Notes under the pieces: model-generated | Told to the model about the DNA's origin: nothing | The model's database searches: none | What the model saw: the letters and a program-made list of their open reading frames with translations, nothing else | In this document: positions 58,030-64,000 of the stretch, piece by piece | Layout of the letters: the number at the start of each line of letters is the position of its first letter | Position numbering within the stretch: position 1 is the first letter of the stretch | Source: Macrostomum hystrix | Taxonomy: Eukaryota > Animalia > Platyhelminthes | Reading direction: 5' to 3' | DNA: 64,000 nt | Assembly: GCA_950097015.1 (NCBI GenBank) | Contig: CATNEN010000038.1 | Coordinates: forward strand, 5,766,001 to 5,830,000 | Position numbers and translations under genes: made by a program

Positions 58030-58749
58030 ATGCAAAAGTTCACATTGCTGTTGATTTTGATCTGGGCCTGCATCAACTCCGCAGTCCGCAGCTCCGCCTG
58101 TCCGAGTCCCTTCACCCTGATGTCTAGCGGTCACTGCGCCTACTGGAACGCCAGCCACTCAGTGAGTTGGTGCCAGGCTGCCGAATTCTGCCTCAGCATC
58201 GGAGGCGAGCTGGCCATCGACCTGGGGCTCATCAGAGCTGCCAGGACCGGGCTGGTCACAGGTGGTAACAGGGCCTTCATCGGCACGACTGACTTGCTGA
58301 TCGAGAGGGGAACCAACCGCACCGGCTGGCAGCTCACCAATGGCAGCTTTGCTAACCTTTTAGATTCAGACTGGAGCAGTTTTGCGCCTGATAGTCTGGC
58401 TGCCAATGATGACTTCCTGATTATCAGCCCAAACGGGATAGCAGATTTACGAGTTCAAAATACTGCATCCTTCGTCTGCCAGCCGCTGGTGACACCCAAC
58501 AGTCGCCTGTTCAGTCAAGCCAGCTTCCTGCGTCTTGGAGATACCAGCCCCACCTACTGCTACTCCGAGCTGGCTGGCTTGAGATACGAGATCGACTGCG
58601 CGCTCCGCTGCGCCGACAGGTGGCAGTGCAGAGCCGCCATCTTCAACAAGGCCGACGGCAGGTGCAGGATGCTGGACTTCACCGACGCCAGCGTTGGAGA
58701 CGCCATCGAGACGGACCCGAACTGGACCAAGCTGGTCAAGGTCTACTGA
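58030..58749 (+). CDS. Secreted CTL + PAN/Apple protein, copy 6 (239 aa)
   Basis: Intact ORF; framework conserved, central region strongly diverged. Confidence 0.9.
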   Translation: MQKFTLLLILIWACINSAVRSSACPSPFTLMSSGHCAYWNASHSVSWCQAAEFCLSIGGELAIDLGLIRAARTGLVTGGNRAFIGTTDLLIERGTNRTGWQLTNGSFANLLDSDWSSFAPDSLAANDDFLIISPNGIADLRVQNTASFVCQPLVTPNSRLFSQASFLRLGDTSPTYCYSELAGLRYEIDCALRCADRWQCRAAIFNKADGRCRMLDFTDASVGDAIETDPNWTKLVKVY

Positions 58750-58907
58750 ATTTCTTTGAGAAGTATTGAACTAATGCAGACTTTGTGAACGACTTTTTGA
58801 ACATTTTCAGCACGAAACAGCTAGGTTCAGGTTGAGCAGATTCTGATATTTTCGAACGAGTGCTAGCACATTTAAATATAAACTGTAAGTCAGTCACTAT
58901 TATAAAA

Positions 58908-59262
58908 AATGCTGGAGGGCTGCGCGCAATGGTACATCATTTAGTGACACTAGACCCGCAGCCAGTGAGGAGGCAATTCTGCCCATTCTGCTGACTCCTG
59001 AGCACACACGCACACAGATACTGTACGCATGAACACGCTCACACATGCGTGTACATCTGCCCTGACTTTCTCATCGTCAGGCAGTGTTATGTACACTTAT
59101 CTGTGCCTTGGAGGTTGGCCCTCAAGGACGTAAATTGCACGACAAGCCACCAAGTCTTCTGTCCGCGGCTGCGCCCCATATAAATGTGGCCTCGCCGCGG
59201 AATCGAACTTAGGGACTGTGGTGCAGGATGCAAACACGTTAACCGATCTGCCACCGACCCCA
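58908..59262 (-). mobile_element. SINE family A, near full length
   Basis: Reverse-complement match to 1777-2133. Confidence 0.82.
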
Positions 59263-59634
59263 AATCAGTCTATTCTATGTGACCAACCAATAGCAGTGAC
59301 CTGTACAAATGCTCGTGTATGCTGTTCATGTTTCACAAAATTTTGGGGGTCTATCTTCATGAGTGGAGTGAATGGCAAGTCATAAAAACTGATTGTGTGT
59401 TTAGCTAACTGATCTACTAGAATATCATACACGCTGTCATATTATGCTCACACTAGCCATGAGCAAGCAGCAAATTGCCAACGCCAGTTGCGGGACTAGG
59501 GTGCACCTGTTCATTTTCTCAGGCTTTGGAACTTTGACTGCATGTATTTCACAGGCTTCATAAAGTAATTTGTCTCATTTTTTTAATTATAGTAAACTGA
59601 AACATACAAGCAAGATTTTCATTTTTAGTATATT

Positions 59635-59905
59635 AGATTACACCTGCCCCTATCGAGCCATTTGTGCAGCCGACAGCAGCCGCATCTGGAGGCTGCGTAC
59701 GGCTGTTCAGTCCATGGACTGGGGGGACGCTACACCCACCTTCAATTATCCCAGCTGATGCTGTTGCCCATTTAACAGCTGGGTGAACTGAAGCAATGCA
59801 GAGTGAAGTATCTTGCTAAAGGACACAAGCAGTTTCAGTTGAGTCAGGAATCGAACCCCCGACCTTCAAGTCGTGAGTCCGACACCCTAACCAATAGGCA
59901 ACAAT
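59635..59905 (-). mobile_element. CORE-type SINE family B copy
   Basis: Reverse-complement match to 6073-6357. Confidence 0.82.
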
Positions 59906-61371
59906 CCGATGTATCTAATTCGATCAGTTTGCAACAGGTCAACGCTTTCATATAAGGATTTTCGAGAACAGAACTACTTTAAAAGATAAAAGTTATCATG
60001 AAGTTGTCTTAAAGAAAGCAGGAAGCGGTCACGCAAAAGACAAGTTTGATTGTCTTCGCTTGGCTATAACCAAAATAACCAAGTAGAATATTTACCTAAG
60101 TGAGCTTGATATAACTAATTGAAAAATAGTATTTATATTGTCTGGCAAACCTGTCGAAAAAAACTGCGGAACTTTTAGTTTGTAAAAGAAAAGAAAAAAA
60201 AATTGCATTACGCAAGCCACAGCTTACGTAGGAATATTACATTTTCGTGAACAACTGTAAGCCTTTTGTGAGCAGAGTGTGGGATCAAGCAGTAATTAAC
60301 AACAACTATCCTTCATGAAATGTCTTTGAGTCGAAAAAAGCTCATAAAACCTACCGAAATCTCAGATTCAAAGTGAACGGCTGATCTTAAAAAAATCGCT
60401 GAACTTTAAAGCATTTGATGAAACCGAAACGAAATAAAGCACTGAATAGTTTTTATAGAGCTTGAAAAATTACTCAAAAAATAGTTTCGCGAAAAATTTA
60501 CGAGCAAACAAATGATTCAATCAATAATGCATCACAAAAAGATGGATTATTATTTAAAACAATTTTTTTTCTACCTTTAGTTAACGAACAATTTAATATT
60601 TCCGTGCCAATACTGCAGCTGCGGTTGACGATAAAAAATTTTGAGTGCAAAAAAGTGCCACGGAGAAAAAAATATTTAAAAAAACAAAAAATAGTTATCA
60701 AACAAAAGTACATGAAGTTGGACGAAATGGAAAAAGTATTTAAGAAAATTCGATTACGAGAAAAAATAAGACAGACAGACAGACATGGAAAGTGTAATTT
60801 TTTTATCTGCCGACAATAAAGTAGTAAGGTATATTAATTATTGCAGCGCATAAGGTATTGCAATTTATAATATAAAGTGAGAAGAAAGAGTATGGTATAA
60901 CCATTTTTATAAATATATTCTTTCAGGCCATAAAATCTATCCAAAATTCAGCGCAGTAATAACTAAGGCAGCAGAACAAGTCTTATAAGTCACCACTTTG
61001 GCCTGCCAATAAGTCCTTCACTGCGTGTCAGGGCCCGACCGATTCTGTCCATCATAGATCGAGAGCGAGAGTCTGAAGTGTCGGTTGAAGCAACTTTAAC
61101 ATAAATGTGCGACGAATCAAAACAATACACTATTTTACCTATCAGGGCTTTGAGTATGGGTCTATAATTGTAAACTTTTATAGACAACTTGCGGAGGTGT
61201 GGGGTGAACAAACATAGACTCACGGCCATAGACAATTTGTTGGAGGAATCAAGCTGAATCAAATTATTAACTGTGATTTAAAACTTTCGGACACTTGTTC
61301 GTTGAGAGCCGTGCTAATATTCCATTTTATCTCTATGCCGCTAATCGCTGATCAAAGGAACACAAGCCCGC

Positions 61372-61661
61372 ACAGGCACATCATTTGGCGACACTAGACC
61401 TGCAGTCAGCGAGGAGGCAATTCGGCCGATTTCGCTGACTCTTGAGCACACACTCACAGACATGTACGCAGGCACACACTCACACAGGTGTGTATATCTG
61501 CCCTGACTTTCTCATCGTCTCACGGGCGTAAATTGTACGACAAACCCCCAAGCCTTCACTCCGCGGCTGCGCCCCAAATGAATGTGGCCTCGCCGTGGAA
61601 TCGAGCTCAGGGACCTTGGTGCGAGAGGCAAACGCGTTAACCGCTCTGCCACCGACCCCCC
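61372..61661 (-). mobile_element. SINE family A copy with an internal deletion
   Basis: Reverse-complement match; best-preserved tRNA-like head. Confidence 0.8.
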
Positions 61662-62479
61662 AGACCTAGAGCCCGTGTGACAACAAAGCGATTTTTAAAA
61701 ACCTAAAAAGAAATACTTACTTTTTGCTTTCTTATATGACATCTGGAAGTCCATGGTAGACTGGAATAGCGAAACAACTTGTTAGTTGAGTAACTTAGAA
61801 TGTAGGATTAGAATGATAAATGTTTGCATAAGCACGAGTATGTGATATCAAAATGAAAAGTAAAAAAAAAACCGACAAAAGGTTCACGAGTTGCATGCGT
61901 GGACTGAACAAACAAGCACAAACAAACAAGTTGATATATTCTCAAATAGAGGTTAGCAATTGATGCTGTTATAGACAAGAAATGTTCAACGGGTAGCTAC
62001 GAAAAATGTAAATAAGTTATGAAAGTAAATAATCTAGAAGTGCAAGACACTTGAACCAGAAGACAACGACATGGAATCTGGGCCATAGACAACGATTTAG
62101 CCCGTGTTCTGTCGCCATTTTGTTTAACTGCGCCTACAGCTCCGCCCCTGAGAATCAAGGACTACTAGTAGGACAGGACACTCAGTTTCTTGGAAAAAAT
62201 TTGAAGGCAGATTTTTACAAAAAAATGCACCAGCATTTTATTGTAAGCAGATCCAATGCGTTTTTTAAAATATATCTTTCAAAACATGTTGCTTCACAGA
62301 ATTTTAGAAAGATTCATTCATGAATAATTGATCTTGCCTCTTCTTCTTCTATAGTGGTCTCTGTTGAGAACATGCTTATGTAACTATTGTAGATAATGGC
62401 TTAGGTCAAATAGGGAATCATTGCAATTTAAGCAATTCGTTAACAGTGTTTTCTGCAAGTGTAGCGACATACGAGTACC

Positions 62480-63929
62480 TTATTCCTGTACTGCCTGGCA
62501 TAGGAGTAGTCGCTCTTGCGCCAAGCCACATTATTGCTGTTAATTTGTTCCGCACAAGGTGTGCTACCTGTAAAAACGAATGCAAAATTAAAACAAAGTA
62601 AAATCAATAACTGTCTGACAACATTTATCTTTAAGGCAAATTTACACACAAAATTAGAAAATACGAGTATACACTCCATTTCAAGCGTCCGAAACCTCAC
62701 AAGACGAAAACGATAATCACAAACCTAATGCACTTCTTACCAGGCGGCCGCAACGGCTTCGGGGTGTCCGGTGGAGGACGCATGAACTCGGCGATCTGAC
62801 GCGACAACACGGGACTCTGGGCTGCTGTTGGTAGTCGGGCATCAGTGAATTAGGAGAGCGATTATAATGAAACTGGAGATCCAGAGCTTCGTAGAGGAAA
62901 TACACACTGGATGTATGGGAGAACACTCACGCAGACTTGATGGGCCCTCTGCTGATACTGCAGACTCAGCAGCCTGCGCAGGAGCCGGCAGAGCCAGCAG
63001 TTCCAGTGTGATTTTAGCTGACTGCGGCAGTGGCAGCACAACTCTGGCACCGCTGGCGGGAAGGTCCGCCAGAGACAGACTTGCGCTGATCGGCGGCTGA
63101 CGCTGAAGGCTGACGGTCAGCTTGTCTGATGTCGGGTTCAGATCGCTGCGTGACATTGGGGGGGCGAAAATGAAGCGCAAATCACAAATAACACGGAGCC
63201 CACAAAAATCCACAGCATTTCTGCATACCAATCGGAATGAGGCCCTCACCCCACCTCCCTCGCCGACCAATCAGCGAAGTGGGCGGCAGCCGATCTTTTT
63301 ACTACAATTCCTATTGGTTAAGTTCATTCGTTCGTGAGCTTCGTGAGTGGGTGTTTTTCCCTTATAAGTCTGTAAATAAACATTCTAAATTCAATAATAC
63401 TTAAAGTAGCTAGTATTTTGTATTCTCAAAACATAATTAAATACTCACAAAACAAAGGGTTCATCCCAGTAGGGATTTGTGATTCCATAAGCCGGCCTGG
63501 TCTGGCAGCTCTGCTTGGGCTCGTCAAGTTCCAGAACTACCACAGTGGCACGGTGGCCGGGCCCGGCTGACTGAGGCACTGACAGCCCAGATGCCCGAAT
63601 GACTTTCACCAGTAGACGGGAAAAAGATTTGTGTCGAAAAGCCATGTGACAGCTTTTATTGGTCAGCTCTGGCAGTGCATTTTGGCTAGCACCGAGTGAT
63701 GAACGGTTCTGATTGGCTGCAAGTGTCACGTCGCATTGATTGGTCAAATTCAGCGCGTCGATACGGCTTGCGGAGTTTGATGATAACAAAGGATCAGTCT
63801 GATTGGTCGAAGGTTTATTTTGCGCGTCAGCAAGCTGCAGTGAACTCTCATTGGCCAGCGAAATATTTTTAATAGGTTCCACGGAGTCTTCAAATTTTGG
63901 ATGCTCGATAGACAGAACGTCGTCTTGGC
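62480..63929 (-). CDS. Partial C2-domain protein, possibly C2CD2/C2CD2L(TMEM24)-like. Exons 63929-63449, 63145-~62930, ~62850-62741, ~62566-62480; 5' part lies outside the window, further 3' exons possible near 62170 and 61095
   Basis: RLLVKVIRASGL..VVLELDEPKQSCQT..TNPYWDEPFV|FDLNPTSDKLTVSL is a C2 domain spliced in phase 2 (TT|C). The family call rests on the LELDEP.Q motif from memory and is not confirmed. Confidence 0.6.
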
Positions 63930-64000
63930 CTGCACTGACATTACTCTGTAAAACAAATGCTTAATTCACGCAATGTTTTCGAGGCACTTAAAACAAATCA

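Overview
Eukaryotic (metazoan) genomic DNA with spliced genes, GC-rich exons and minisatellite-filled introns. The style resembles a free-living flatworm such as Macrostomum, but that is an unverified inference. From left to right: (1) two tandem paralogous type-I membrane proteins (216-5762 and 8119-13544, +) with a small FN3-like ectodomain and cytoplasmic tails built from symmetric phase-2 micro-exons carrying tyrosine motifs; (2) a complete 10-exon DSTYK kinase gene (17265-24844, -, 962 aa by my splice model); (3) a tandem array of intronless secreted C-type-lectin + PAN/Apple genes (five intact, one 5'-deleted, one divergent pseudogene; 26005-58749, +) whose differences concentrate in the lectin ligand-binding region; (4) young transposons interleaved with that array: a Ty3/Gypsy element with identical LTRs, a second deleted Gypsy with a nested PIF/Harbinger, and a truncated BEL/Pao fused to a lectin 3' half; (5) a calmodulin-like pseudo-exon, two tRNA-derived SINE families (one CORE-type), many minisatellites, and part of a C2-domain gene running off the right edge. 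The strongest candidates for undescribed systems are the hypervariable CTL-PAN array and the micro-exon tyrosine-motif receptors. All gene models and alignments were made by eye; no database searches were run.
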